This document shows positions 48,960-58,736 of a DNA stretch of 64,000 nucleotides, in pieces (the first letter of the stretch is position 1; every line of letters begins with the position of its first letter). Position numbers and translations under genes: made by a program. Under the pieces are notes generated by a model. It was not told where the DNA came from. It worked only from the letters and a program-made list of their open reading frames with translations, and ran no database searches. The DNA is from a virus, in the IMG/VR virus record IMGVR_UViG_3300021142_000023, positions 1 to 64,000 of that record. One strand, 5' to 3'.

Positions 48960-49934
48960 ATGAGAACACAAGATGATCTAGCTATAATACTATGCCACTT
49001 TAATTGGTGTGGTTATAAAAGACCAGATCAAAATTTGAATCGTTTCTTACGACAAATGAAAGCTATAGACGTACCTGTTTACGGAGTCGAAGCTTCTCTT
49101 ACCGACACTTTTATTACAAAAGATATGCCTGGCTGGATTCAGATCGGGGCAAGAGAAGAAAATATATGTTTTCAAAAAGAAGCATTACTTAATGCTGTAG
49201 AAAAAACAGTTCCTGAAAAATATACTAAACTTGCATGGATTGATCACGATATATTTTTTGAAAGTCAAACTTGGTATGATGATACTTCTATAGCTTTAGA
49301 TAAACTAAACATAGTACAGCTGTATGAAACAGCTTACTGGACAGATAGTAGAGGTAATATAGAGCGTATAGCAAAATCGACACTATCATTACCTGAGCTT
49401 AACGAAATAAATGTACAATCCCCGTTTTGGTCTGTAGTACCATCTCATCACTGTGGTTTTGGTTTTGCAGCAAAACGAGATTTATGGAAAACAGGTCCCA
49501 AGCTATACCCATATAACTTTTTAGGTGGTGGTGATATGGTATTAGTATTTGGTATTATGAGCGGGGAACTTTCTCCTGCTGCGTGCCGTAGAGGCTATTT
49601 TAAACCTGGCAACGCGTCTGGGGTATATAAAGAGTGGTTACAAGCTTTTAACAAATATGTTGATAACAAATATGGTTATATAAAAGGTAATATATATCAT
49701 GAATATCACGGCCCTAGACAAAACCGTAAGTACGGTTCAAGAGAAAAACTTATTGATGGGTATGAGTACGATTTTAGTAAAAATATATTTGTTAACTATC
49801 GTGGTTTACTAGAGTTCAAAGACTCACCTTACGGTTTTAGAGAAGCTATAAAACAATATTTTATTGAACGACGAGAAGATGATGTGGAAGAAATAAAAAT
49901 AGCCGGAGTTAGTATATATATGCCTCCTCATTAA
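48960..49934 (+). CDS. GT-A-like putative glycosyltransferase
   Basis: FQKEALLN, AWIDHDIFF (DxD), GGGD, HEYHG..R.Y; promoter TTGTGA-N16-TATTAT upstream. Confidence 0.6.
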   Translation: MRTQDDLAIILCHFNWCGYKRPDQNLNRFLRQMKAIDVPVYGVEASLTDTFITKDMPGWIQIGAREENICFQKEALLNAVEKTVPEKYTKLAWIDHDIFFESQTWYDDTSIALDKLNIVQLYETAYWTDSRGNIERIAKSTLSLPELNEINVQSPFWSVVPSHHCGFGFAAKRDLWKTGPKLYPYNFLGGGDMVLVFGIMSGELSPAACRRGYFKPGNASGVYKEWLQAFNKYVDNKYGYIKGNIYHEYHGPRQNRKYGSREKLIDGYEYDFSKNIFVNYRGLLEFKDSPYGFREAIKQYFIERREDDVEEIKIAGVSIYMPPH

Positions 49935-50001
49935 GTAGTTACAAAAGTTTATATAAAAAATATTTGATTTAGTTAGTTTTAAGTATATAAATATTATTGC
50001 T

Positions 50002-50415
50002 ATGACAAAACTAACTAACTATAATCCTAGCACATATCGTAATCCATTCTCACTCTTAGATACTGTCTTAGAGAGGGAATTTAACCATCCTTTCTTTTGG
50101 GGGGATGTTAGCCGTACAGGAGACACTGTTCGGTTTAAAGAAGGGGATGAACTCACCGTAGAGGTGGATCTTCCTGGTGTATCCAAAGATAAAACAAACG
50201 TAACTGTTGAAGGTAGAGTAGTAACGATTGAAGGTACTCGTAAAGTGATCCATAAAGGTGGCACACAAGAAGAGACATTCAGCCGTAGCTTTACCGTTGG
50301 CAACTCGTTTAACTTGGATAAAGCTAAAGCCGTACAACAAGACGGCGTTCTTACCTTAACCTTTCCAAAAAATAAGGTAGAGAACGGCGGCAAGAAAGTT
50401 ATTGATATTAACTGA
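50002..50415 (+). CDS. Small heat-shock protein (Hsp20)
   Basis: VEVDLPGV.K, FSRSF, A...DGVLTLTFPK. Confidence 0.93.
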   Translation: MTKLTNYNPSTYRNPFSLLDTVLEREFNHPFFWGDVSRTGDTVRFKEGDELTVEVDLPGVSKDKTNVTVEGRVVTIEGTRKVIHKGGTQEETFSRSFTVGNSFNLDKAKAVQQDGVLTLTFPKNKVENGGKKVIDIN

Positions 50416-50434
50416 TTGCTGTTGGCAAGGACAC

Positions 50435-50462
50435 GGGGAGAGAGAAATCTCTCCCCTTTTTT
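50435..50462 (+). terminator. Intrinsic terminator after Hsp20
   Basis: GGGGAGAGA-GAAA-TCTCTCCCC-TTTTTT. Confidence 0.9.
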
Positions 50463-50476
50463 ATGTAAGTATATGT

Positions 50477-51421
50477 ATGAAAAAGTTTGCATTATTATCT
50501 CTTCTATTCTTAACTAGTTGTACACTTGGTATAAAAGCACCAGACGCGTTTAGCAATAGCCCTACCACAGAAATAGGTAAGAAAGCAGTTGCTGTAGTTA
50601 AAGCTGAAGACAGTCAAAAACAAGTCGATCAGTTAGCTGAGGCTAATAAGAAGGTTGAAGCTGCTCGTCAAGAAATGGAATTAAAATACAATGCAGCTAG
50701 AGAACAACTACAAAAGTCATATGACGACTTAAAGAAAAAGGATGATGAAAACTTTGCAAAAATTGATGAACTGAATTACGGTATCTATATGGTTACTCAA
50801 GAGAAAAAGAAACAAGACATGAATACTCTTGTTGCACATTTACGCGCTAAAGAGATAATGAATCGTACCGATAAGTTAACACCAGAACAAAAAGCTGTTA
50901 TTACAACAGAGATTAATAAAGAGAAAGCTTTAACTATTGATCAACTTTACACCAAATATAATGGTGCGGTTGAGTTAGCTATTGTACAAAAACAAGCTTT
51001 AGATAATGCTCAAACAGTAATCGATCAACAAGAAAGAGAAAAGGCAGCTTTAAGAGAAGCTGAAAAAGTAACACTTAATAAACTACAAGCTGAAAGAAAT
51101 GCTGAAATAGAACAGATTAAAAAACAAGCTGCTGATCAGTTAGCACTAGCTAAAGCTGCTCAAAAAGCAGAACTCATTGCTTTAATGGTGAAGGCGTTAA
51201 TCGGTGTCGGGATACTATTCTTAGTACTTGCTATACTTTTAAAGAATATTACAATGGGTATTGGTTCAATACTATCTCTTGGTCTAGCCTATGTTGCTGC
51301 TACTATTGAAATGTGGATAGTAGGTGCTTCTTTAGGTGGTATTGTACTAATAGCTATATTAATAGAAGTACTTAAGTCGAAGAAGAAGGCGGCTGCAGCT
51401 GCGAATCAGAAATCTCAATAA
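50477..51421 (+). CDS. Lipoprotein with long coiled coil and C-terminal transmembrane helices (spanin-like); start revised to 50477
   Basis: MKKFALLSLLFLTSC lipobox, about 220 aa of helix, 2-3 hydrophobic helices; TAAGTA 5 nt upstream. Confidence 0.65.
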   Translation: MKKFALLSLLFLTSCTLGIKAPDAFSNSPTTEIGKKAVAVVKAEDSQKQVDQLAEANKKVEAARQEMELKYNAAREQLQKSYDDLKKKDDENFAKIDELNYGIYMVTQEKKKQDMNTLVAHLRAKEIMNRTDKLTPEQKAVITTEINKEKALTIDQLYTKYNGAVELAIVQKQALDNAQTVIDQQEREKAALREAEKVTLNKLQAERNAEIEQIKKQAADQLALAKAAQKAELIALMVKALIGVGILFLVLAILLKNITMGIGSILSLGLAYVAATIEMWIVGASLGGIVLIAILIEVLKSKKKAAAAANQKSQ

Positions 51422-51962
51422 CTTCATTAGTTACATTAGCGGTCTTGTTCTTAACTTTGCCGGTTAACTGTGCTATCATTTCTTCTCTGGTAGCAACTAG
51501 TATATTGGTGTTACCAGCTGGCAAGTTAAGGTAACCGTCATTCTTGAGGCGTTGTATTTCTTTTTTACCTTCTATTTCTAGTTTTTTAAGCTCTCTTGCA
51601 GTTTCAGCTTTTTGATTTTGTAAATGCATTTTGTTTACTGTTTCAATAGCTCCGGTACTAGCGGCTATTAAACTTGCTAAACTAGCCATCATTTCTGGGT
51701 CTCCGGTGGCAACAGTTAGCTTTTGTAGTTCCATTATGCTCTTTACACTATTTTGCACAAGCTCAGCTGAATGCTTTGCTACAAACTCTTTCATCTCTTC
51801 ATTAGTCTTTGGGATAGTTACTTTTACTTCTTCAACCTGTGCAGAGTTCTTACTAACTAGTTCCTTATCTTCATTATTCAATCCTTCAAGAAACGAATCG
51901 ATTTTATTTAATACGTCTTGATTGTTATCTGCAGTGTTATCCGGTAAAGGTGGTTGATTCAC
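51372..51962 (-). CDS. gp16: Terminase small subunit (gp16-like)
   Basis: Helical core with DPE..ASL..LI, then NTNILVATREEMI like the gp16 C-terminus; TAAATA 5 nt upstream. Confidence 0.65.
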   Translation of the reverse strand: MNQPPLPDNTADNNQDVLNKIDSFLEGLNNEDKELVSKNSAQVEEVKVTIPKTNEEMKEFVAKHSAELVQNSVKSIMELQKLTVATGDPEMMASLASLIAASTGAIETVNKMHLQNQKAETARELKKLEIEGKKEIQRLKNDGYLNLPAGNTNILVATREEMIAQLTGKVKNKTANVTNEVIEISDSQLQPPSSST

Positions 51963-52018
51963 TATAATATTTATGGCAAGCGTTGATTTATCAATATTAT
52001 ACGTTATACTACCTCATT

Positions 52019-52576
52019 ATGTTTCCTGTTACTATTAAATTTGTTAAAACACATGAACTAGCTGTGTTACCGAAGTTTAATCATGCTGACCCTTATACAG
52101 GGGATTCCGGTATTGATCTTACAGCTGTAGAGCAAGTCACTGTACCTGCTAAAGGTTATGCTGTAGTGCCTGTAGGTCTTAAGTTAGGTTACTTAACACC
52201 AGGCTATTGGATCCGGGTAGAGGGCCGTTCTGGTGTAGGTTTTAAGAAGCATATCTTTCCTCATTTCGGTATTATTGATAACCCTTATAGAGGAGATATG
52301 GGTATCAAGCTTTATAACTTCGGTACAGAAGACCAAACGTTTAAGGCTGGTGACAAGATTGCACAGCTTATTGTTTACCCTCTTATACAAGCCGATATTG
52401 AGTGGACAGACCAAGTAAGTGAAACTACACGTGGTGAAAAAGGTTTCGGTTCATCAGATAAATCAGCCAAAGCTGATGAAGTGTATAATAAGAAAATGGG
52501 TAGTGTTACACCAACTGAAGTTGAAATAGTAGCAGATCCAGATGGCGGCTTTTCAGTAAAACCAAAAAAGAAATAA
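52019..52576 (+). CDS. dut: dUTPase; start revised to 52019
   Basis: DSGIDL, GRSG, GIIDNPYRG, GDKIAQL, RGEKGFGSS; promoter TTGATT-N16-TATACT 8 nt upstream. Confidence 0.96.
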   Translation: MFPVTIKFVKTHELAVLPKFNHADPYTGDSGIDLTAVEQVTVPAKGYAVVPVGLKLGYLTPGYWIRVEGRSGVGFKKHIFPHFGIIDNPYRGDMGIKLYNFGTEDQTFKAGDKIAQLIVYPLIQADIEWTDQVSETTRGEKGFGSSDKSAKADEVYNKKMGSVTPTEVEIVADPDGGFSVKPKKK

Positions 52577-53520
52577 TGTCAATCAACGAACAGTTAATGA
52601 ATATATGGGTAGAAAAGTATCGGCCAACTAAACTGGCCGATATGGTTTTATCTGAGTCTTTGCGTGCGTACATAGAAGAATGTAAACGTAAAGACGAAAT
52701 ACCTAATATGTTGCTAGTAGGTAATGCTGGTACTGGAAAGACCACATTAGCGAAAGTAATTATAAATGAAATACTAGATGCACAGTACCTTTACATTAAC
52801 GCAAGCGAAAAGAACGGTATCGACGAAGTCCGTACCTCTATTCTTACATTTGCTCAAACTAAAAGCTTGGATGGCAAAATTAAGGTTATCTTTCTCGACG
52901 AGTTTGACAACTTTACTGATGCGGGTCAAAGAGCTCTGCGTAATGTTATGGAAGAGTACGCTGGTAATACCCGTTTTATCCTCACTGGCAACTATCTACA
53001 TCGTATTATCCAACCAATTCAGTCTCGATGCCAAGTTTTCACTGATTTTACTCCTCCTATTGGAGAATATGCTAAACGAATAGGTTTTATTCTTCGTCAG
53101 GAAAAGACACAAGTAGAGAAAGAACAAATAGAGAAGATTAAAGAGGTTATTCGTTATCACTACCCGGATTTACGAAGAATCATTAACTATATTCAACGTA
53201 GCGTTGTTGATGGTGTATTGTCTATTAGTAGTACGATTAATAACGAGGGATTCGCACAAGAGATCCTGGATAAAACTGTGAACAAAGAAGACCTTACGTC
53301 TATACGTAAATTCGTTATAGAGTCGGAACAAACCTTTGGAAACGACTATCCTAAGTTAATGAAAGATCTGTTTAATGCAGTATACAAGAGCTCTATTTCA
53401 GAAGATAAAAAAAGACTTGCATTGCTGCAAGTCTCTGAATATCTCTATCGAAGCGCTTTAGTAATGGATCAAGAAATTAACTTTTTTTCTTGTCTTATTG
53501 CCTTAGCTTCCGTGGTGTGA
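52576..53520 (+). CDS. gp44: Clamp loader large subunit
   Basis: WVEKYRP, GNAGTGKTT, INAS, DEFD, QRALR, SRC, PDLRR. Confidence 0.95.
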   Translation: MSINEQLMNIWVEKYRPTKLADMVLSESLRAYIEECKRKDEIPNMLLVGNAGTGKTTLAKVIINEILDAQYLYINASEKNGIDEVRTSILTFAQTKSLDGKIKVIFLDEFDNFTDAGQRALRNVMEEYAGNTRFILTGNYLHRIIQPIQSRCQVFTDFTPPIGEYAKRIGFILRQEKTQVEKEQIEKIKEVIRYHYPDLRRIINYIQRSVVDGVLSISSTINNEGFAQEILDKTVNKEDLTSIRKFVIESEQTFGNDYPKLMKDLFNAVYKSSISEDKKRLALLQVSEYLYRSALVMDQEINFFSCLIALASVV

Positions 53521-54861
53521 GTGTTTAGCTTTAATTTGCTCTTTTTTCTTAGCATCATGCTCTCTACCAGCTTGTTGTAAAGCTTTGAAATCATCTGCTC
53601 CGTATTTCTTTTTACCGAGGTAAGCTTGAAGTCCGGATTCATCTTTCATTTTCATTTTAGCTTCTTTCATTGTATCACATTTGCAAATATCTTTACCGCA
53701 GATAGGACATACTTCTTCTGCAATAGTACCGGTAGTATTAATTACTTCTTCTTCTTTATCTCCTACTTTGCCTTTTTGTCCTTCTTTAGTTTTATGTAAA
53801 AAACCAGTGAAAGCATTGCCTTCTTTTTCTGTGGATTGACTACCAGGGAAATGACCGAATACTGCTTTGTAATCCTGCCCTGCTTCGGCTGGAAACTCTC
53901 CGTCATCCATATACCACATTTTATTGTCCGTTGCGGTTTTTGCTCTACGGGGATCATTATTATACTGTTTTAAATTATGAGCATAAAGATTGTGCCAGAG
54001 CTTATCTTGAAACTCTTCCCAAGACAATCCTGGTTTCATTCCAGTTAAGCAATCTTTGAAAAACGGTTTATTATAATTTGCTGGTAAAGAATTTACAAAT
54101 GCATCAATCTTAGCTTCGTCATCATTTGCTACATTTTCTTCCTCAGATTGAATTGGAGGATTACCTGCTGATTGATCCCCACCATTTTGGGAACCAACAC
54201 CACCGCTCATTACACCTACGTCTTCAGTAAGAATATTAAAATAAAGATCTTCTAAGAGAGCTTGTGACTCGTTAATATTTTTGGCTTTTTGCATGCCTTT
54301 TACTTTTGGTGGTTGCATATCGTTATGTTTGTTAGAGTGTGCAAGCTTTGTATTTTTTGTAGCTAACTCGTAATCACCTTTTTCAGCATGAGTTTGCTTT
54401 TTCATCACTTTTGTTTGTTCGTTAGTTGCTTTGCTTTTAAATTCTTTTTCACCTTCAGCTGTACGATCTCTTGTATCTTTTTGACCTTCTGGTACTGGAG
54501 CTAGGTTAGCACCTGTATCAACTTCTTCTAAACATTCGACTGGAAGAGTGATTAAATTAGCAACCATACCTGGTGCATATTCTTCATATACATCAGCTAA
54601 TTCAGCCGGTACTTGATCTGCACCTTCAGCACTATAACGTGAACCAGCGCTGTAATTATGTAATTTACCGACGCGTAGATTGTTACCTGCTTTAACAGCT
54701 TCTTTAATACGCTGCTTAACATTTTCGCCTAACTTTTTAAAACCGTCCATATTTTCGTAACCGGATTTTAATTTTACAACATCCCCTACAAGAAAACCGT
54801 TACCTTGTGCATAACGACCGTAGGCTGCTTCAAATAAAGAGTTAAACTTACTGTTTTTCAT
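53503..54861 (-). CDS. Modular putative internal head polyprotein
   Basis: TAAGTA 10 nt upstream; MKNSKFNSLFE; short modules separated by I/L-x-E sites. Confidence 0.6.
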   Translation of the reverse strand: MKNSKFNSLFEAAYGRYAQGNGFLVGDVVKLKSGYENMDGFKKLGENVKQRIKEAVKAGNNLRVGKLHNYSAGSRYSAEGADQVPAELADVYEEYAPGMVANLITLPVECLEEVDTGANLAPVPEGQKDTRDRTAEGEKEFKSKATNEQTKVMKKQTHAEKGDYELATKNTKLAHSNKHNDMQPPKVKGMQKAKNINESQALLEDLYFNILTEDVGVMSGGVGSQNGGDQSAGNPPIQSEEENVANDDEAKIDAFVNSLPANYNKPFFKDCLTGMKPGLSWEEFQDKLWHNLYAHNLKQYNNDPRRAKTATDNKMWYMDDGEFPAEAGQDYKAVFGHFPGSQSTEKEGNAFTGFLHKTKEGQKGKVGDKEEEVINTTGTIAEEVCPICGKDICKCDTMKEAKMKMKDESGLQAYLGKKKYGADDFKALQQAGREHDAKKKEQIKAKHSHHGS

Positions 54862-54899
54862 ATGATGATATTACTTACTACCTCCCTAAGTATTTTACA

Positions 54900-55340
54900 A
54901 TGCCATCCATAAGTTTTAACGGTCTACAAAAGGTTATAGTAACCAATACTTATACATATTCGGATTTACATCTAGATTTTAGTAATCCTATAAGCAAAGA
55001 CTTGCAAGCAGATTATGATGCTGCAGCTATTAAAAATTCTATTTACTCTTTGTTTAATACCATGCCCGGGCAAAGTTTATTAAATCCATTATATGGATTA
55101 GACTTAACCCAATATTTGTTTGAACCGGTAAATGAAACAAATGCACGAAACATTGGCAATGCTATAGTTAACGGATTGTCTTTGTATGAACCAAGAGTAA
55201 CTGTCTCTAACGTCAACATAACTCTAAACCTAGACGAGCAAACCTATTACATTGACTTAAATATAATAATGCCATATCTTAACAATCAAGCTGTTAATAT
55301 ACCAGGCACTTTAAGCAAAACAGGATATACAATTTTATAA
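54900..55340 (+). CDS. gp25: Baseplate wedge subunit gp25
   Basis: YSDLHLDF, AIKNSI..LF.T.PG..NP.YG, YLFEP, YEPRV. Confidence 0.92.
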   Translation: MPSISFNGLQKVIVTNTYTYSDLHLDFSNPISKDLQADYDAAAIKNSIYSLFNTMPGQSLLNPLYGLDLTQYLFEPVNETNARNIGNAIVNGLSLYEPRVTVSNVNITLNLDEQTYYIDLNIIMPYLNNQAVNIPGTLSKTGYTIL

Positions 55341-55341
55341 G

Positions 55342-57183
55342 ATGTCGACAACATACACAGATGCATCAGCTCTAAACATTCAACCAAACGAATACATCGC
55401 GTTTGATGCTACAAATCTTAGAGACTTCATGCGTACCCGCTTAACACAAAGCGGCTTATTTACAGATCAATACGTTGAAGGTTCAAATCTGAATGCGGTT
55501 AACAGTGTTATTGCATATGCTTTTCATACTTTTATGTACTACCTAAACAAGACTTCTTCGGAGTCTATGTTTAGTGATGCTCAAATTTACGAAAACATTA
55601 ATAAAGTAGTTAGGATTATTAACTATTCCCCTATTGGGGTACAAACCTCAACTGTAACGTTTACCTGCTCCGCTACAGCAGACTTACCTATAGGTTCATA
55701 TACAATACCTCGTTATTCGTTTATTCGTGTTAATAACGCTCCTTATACATTTAACACTGATGTAACTTTTACAAAAACTTTATCTACAAATCAGTATATC
55801 GAAAGTGTTGGTAGTCAGACCTTATTGTACCAAGGTAAGTGGACAGAGTATCCAGCCTATACTGCTCAAGGAGCTACTAATGAAACTGTTTTTGTTGCAC
55901 CAGGTAGCGCAGTACAGATAGATCATTTTAATATTGATGTTTATGTAAAGAGCGCTGCAACCGGTAAATGGTCGCAATGGACTCGTACAGAATCTCTTTA
56001 CTTGGAAACTGCTACATCAACCACATTTGAAGCTCGTTACAATGAAAGTCGTAACTATGAGTTAAAGTTTGGTAACGGTGTTAACGGAGCACAACTTAAC
56101 ACAGGCGATATAGTTGCAGTCTACTACTTACAATCTTTAGGTGTTAACGGTCAAATTGGTTCAGGAGATTTAAGCTCTTTACCTGCTGTACTTTATAATA
56201 CAGCTCAGTTTAATCAAATACAGGCTGACGTATTCAGCACTGATCTACAGTACTTGGATGATTCCGGTATCACTTATTTAAGCTTTGATAACGCTAATAC
56301 ATCTACAGCATTTACCAATGCAGAAAATGCAGATAGTATTCGCGCTAATGCTCCAGCTGCTTACAAATCTCAATACAGGCTAGTAACAGCAAATGATTAC
56401 AACAACTTTGTTAAGAGTACGTTTAATAATATTGTACAAGACGTTTTAGTATATAGTAATAACGATTACGTAAACAATCATTTACGTTATTTATATAATA
56501 TTGGTTTAACTAACCCTAATCAAGATAATAGAGTATTATATAATCAGTTAGCATTTTCTACTTCCTGTAACTTTAATAACATTTACATTTACGCTTTACC
56601 GAGAGCTTCTCAGGGTAGCACAGTTAACTCAGTAAGTTATCTAACACCAACACAAAAAACTTTAATAACCAATACAGCTATTAGCAAAAAGACTTTAACG
56701 TCTGATATTATTGTAATGGATCCAGTATATAAGACAGTTACAATAGGTTATAGTAGTACAACCGGAGAAGATGTTAATACTATTATTAATCAAACAAGAT
56801 TAGTAATAATGTTAGAGCGTACAGCAAAAGTATCTGCACAACTTATACAAAACAAAGTAACCGGTATTATTACTTCTTTCTTTGATCCGACTAAAATGAC
56901 TTTAGGCTATAATATAGACCTAATCACTTTAACAGCTCAAATTGAAAGCATACCTGGTGTATATATGGTATATACTCAACGTCAAGATACAGGAGAGACG
57001 GTACAAGGGGTTAACTTAGTATTGTGGAATCCATCTTATCCAACTAACGACATTAGTATATTAACTAAAAACACTCAACTTGCACCTTTCCAAGCGCTTT
57101 ACTTAAACGATACAACCAATATTACGCCTCGTATTATTGTTTCAACAGATGTATCTCAAGACACTTCAGTTATTAACATTTAA
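55342..57183 (+). CDS. gp6: Baseplate wedge subunit gp6
   Basis: FTDQ..EGSNL, ESMFSDAQ, LKFGNG..G, E..DSIRANAP..Q.RLVT..DY. Confidence 0.9.
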   Translation: MSTTYTDASALNIQPNEYIAFDATNLRDFMRTRLTQSGLFTDQYVEGSNLNAVNSVIAYAFHTFMYYLNKTSSESMFSDAQIYENINKVVRIINYSPIGVQTSTVTFTCSATADLPIGSYTIPRYSFIRVNNAPYTFNTDVTFTKTLSTNQYIESVGSQTLLYQGKWTEYPAYTAQGATNETVFVAPGSAVQIDHFNIDVYVKSAATGKWSQWTRTESLYLETATSTTFEARYNESRNYELKFGNGVNGAQLNTGDIVAVYYLQSLGVNGQIGSGDLSSLPAVLYNTAQFNQIQADVFSTDLQYLDDSGITYLSFDNANTSTAFTNAENADSIRANAPAAYKSQYRLVTANDYNNFVKSTFNNIVQDVLVYSNNDYVNNHLRYLYNIGLTNPNQDNRVLYNQLAFSTSCNFNNIYIYALPRASQGSTVNSVSYLTPTQKTLITNTAISKKTLTSDIIVMDPVYKTVTIGYSSTTGEDVNTIINQTRLVIMLERTAKVSAQLIQNKVTGIITSFFDPTKMTLGYNIDLITLTAQIESIPGVYMVYTQRQDTGETVQGVNLVLWNPSYPTNDISILTKNTQLAPFQALYLNDTTNITPRIIVSTDVSQDTSVINI

Positions 57184-57194
57184 CATTTACTCAT

Positions 57195-58733
57195 ATGGCC
57201 GATATTAAAATCTCAGCATTACCTACATTAGGCTCAGCAGGCGCTCAAGGCTCTGACGTTATTCCAGTAGTAGACAATTCATCTCCTGGTGCACAAGTAA
57301 CTAAAAAAATTACTTTAACTGATTTAACCAATTACATTACCGGGCAGATACCACCTTCTACTCCCTCCACACCACCCACTTATAATCTTCCACCTGGTTC
57401 TGGATTAGGTTACTACCAAAAAGAAATCTTTCAACGTTCTAGTATAGTACCAGCTACCCCGCCTAATCAAGTCAGTCCAGCTGGTTGGTATATAAGCGAT
57501 CCAGGTAGTAGTGGTAATGATGTATTATGGTCTTGTACAGCTCTTATTGACCCATCTGAAGGTGGTTCGCTAGTTAATCCTCCTGGTGCTTGGTCAGCGC
57601 CTATTAGAAAGGGTGCAGGTCAAGTTATATTTTACTCTCCTACACAACCTACTGCTGGTTATATACAGGACGGAGATTTATGGTACAATACAGCAAATAA
57701 CAATGTACTTAAAATTTATCAGAGCGGTGCTTGGGTACTAACAACAGTACCGTTCCCGTACGTTGATGCTAACGGTAATATGACCGGTATTGTGCAAGTC
57801 AACGGAAACAATAATGGCAATGTTACTTTAGTTGCTGAGCAATTTCAGATCGTTTCAACAGAAGATTTAGCGGGTTCGACTTATAAGACTGCTCCATTTA
57901 AAATATTAAACATTACTGCACCTGCAGGTACTACATTTGCTGATGGTACTACTAATAAGCATGAAATCTTTATGGATGGTACTCATGTTACCAATCTAGA
58001 TGCAGGTTCTATTATTGGCGGCACTATTCAAGCCGGTGTAAAGATGCAAACTCCTTTACTTGAAGCAGGCGCAATAAACAATAATTTTGGTGTGTATAAT
58101 GACGGATGTACAAGATATAGTAATACTGCTACATCAACTAATGGCATATCAATAGCTGGTAGACCATACTATACGATGCCTACAACCGGTTATGTTACAT
58201 TAACCGATGGTGGTACGTACCCTATTACGCAAGGCGGAGCTCCTTTACCTCAAAATTCTGCAGGCACTGAACAATGGTGGAATGGTTCTTATCAAGGTGC
58301 TTCTAATATTTCTCCTCTTACTTTTTGGGGATGGAATACAGGGCCTACCGGGTATATAGCAAATCGTTTTGGTTGTCCAGGTAACGGTGAGCAGTTATTT
58401 TTATATAACTGGCAAGCTTATACAGATGGAACCGACCCGTTAATGAACGGTAATTTAGTTTATAGAATAGTAACTAGCTATTCAAATAACGTGGTAGGAT
58501 GGGGTCCGACTTGTCAAGTACAATTCCAACAAGCCGATCTTGCTGGTGGTGGTAGGGTTTTACAACAGCACGGGGCGCTCTGTTTTAGAGGTAACAATAG
58601 TGAAACCCCTACCCCTGATGGTACTGGTTATCTTAATGGTATTTGTCTCATACAGTTTGGTTGGCGAGTAGCATCTGTCGGTACCGGATCAATAATATGG
58701 TCTAGTATAAATGTTACTGCAGTTAATATATAA
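57195..58733 (+). CDS. Tail fibre/baseplate-associated structural protein
   Basis: MADIKISALP..DVIPVVD..TKKITL N-terminus, GDLWYNT..LKIY..GAW, beta-rich C-terminus. Confidence 0.7.
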   Translation: MADIKISALPTLGSAGAQGSDVIPVVDNSSPGAQVTKKITLTDLTNYITGQIPPSTPSTPPTYNLPPGSGLGYYQKEIFQRSSIVPATPPNQVSPAGWYISDPGSSGNDVLWSCTALIDPSEGGSLVNPPGAWSAPIRKGAGQVIFYSPTQPTAGYIQDGDLWYNTANNNVLKIYQSGAWVLTTVPFPYVDANGNMTGIVQVNGNNNGNVTLVAEQFQIVSTEDLAGSTYKTAPFKILNITAPAGTTFADGTTNKHEIFMDGTHVTNLDAGSIIGGTIQAGVKMQTPLLEAGAINNNFGVYNDGCTRYSNTATSTNGISIAGRPYYTMPTTGYVTLTDGGTYPITQGGAPLPQNSAGTEQWWNGSYQGASNISPLTFWGWNTGPTGYIANRFGCPGNGEQLFLYNWQAYTDGTDPLMNGNLVYRIVTSYSNNVVGWGPTCQVQFQQADLAGGGRVLQQHGALCFRGNNSETPTPDGTGYLNGICLIQFGWRVASVGTGSIIWSSINVTAVNI

Positions 58734-58736
58734 TGT

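Noticed and set aside
45397-50415. phoH, nrdAB and Hsp20 (also GroES) as novel auxiliary genes
   Set aside because: Common in aquatic T4-like phages
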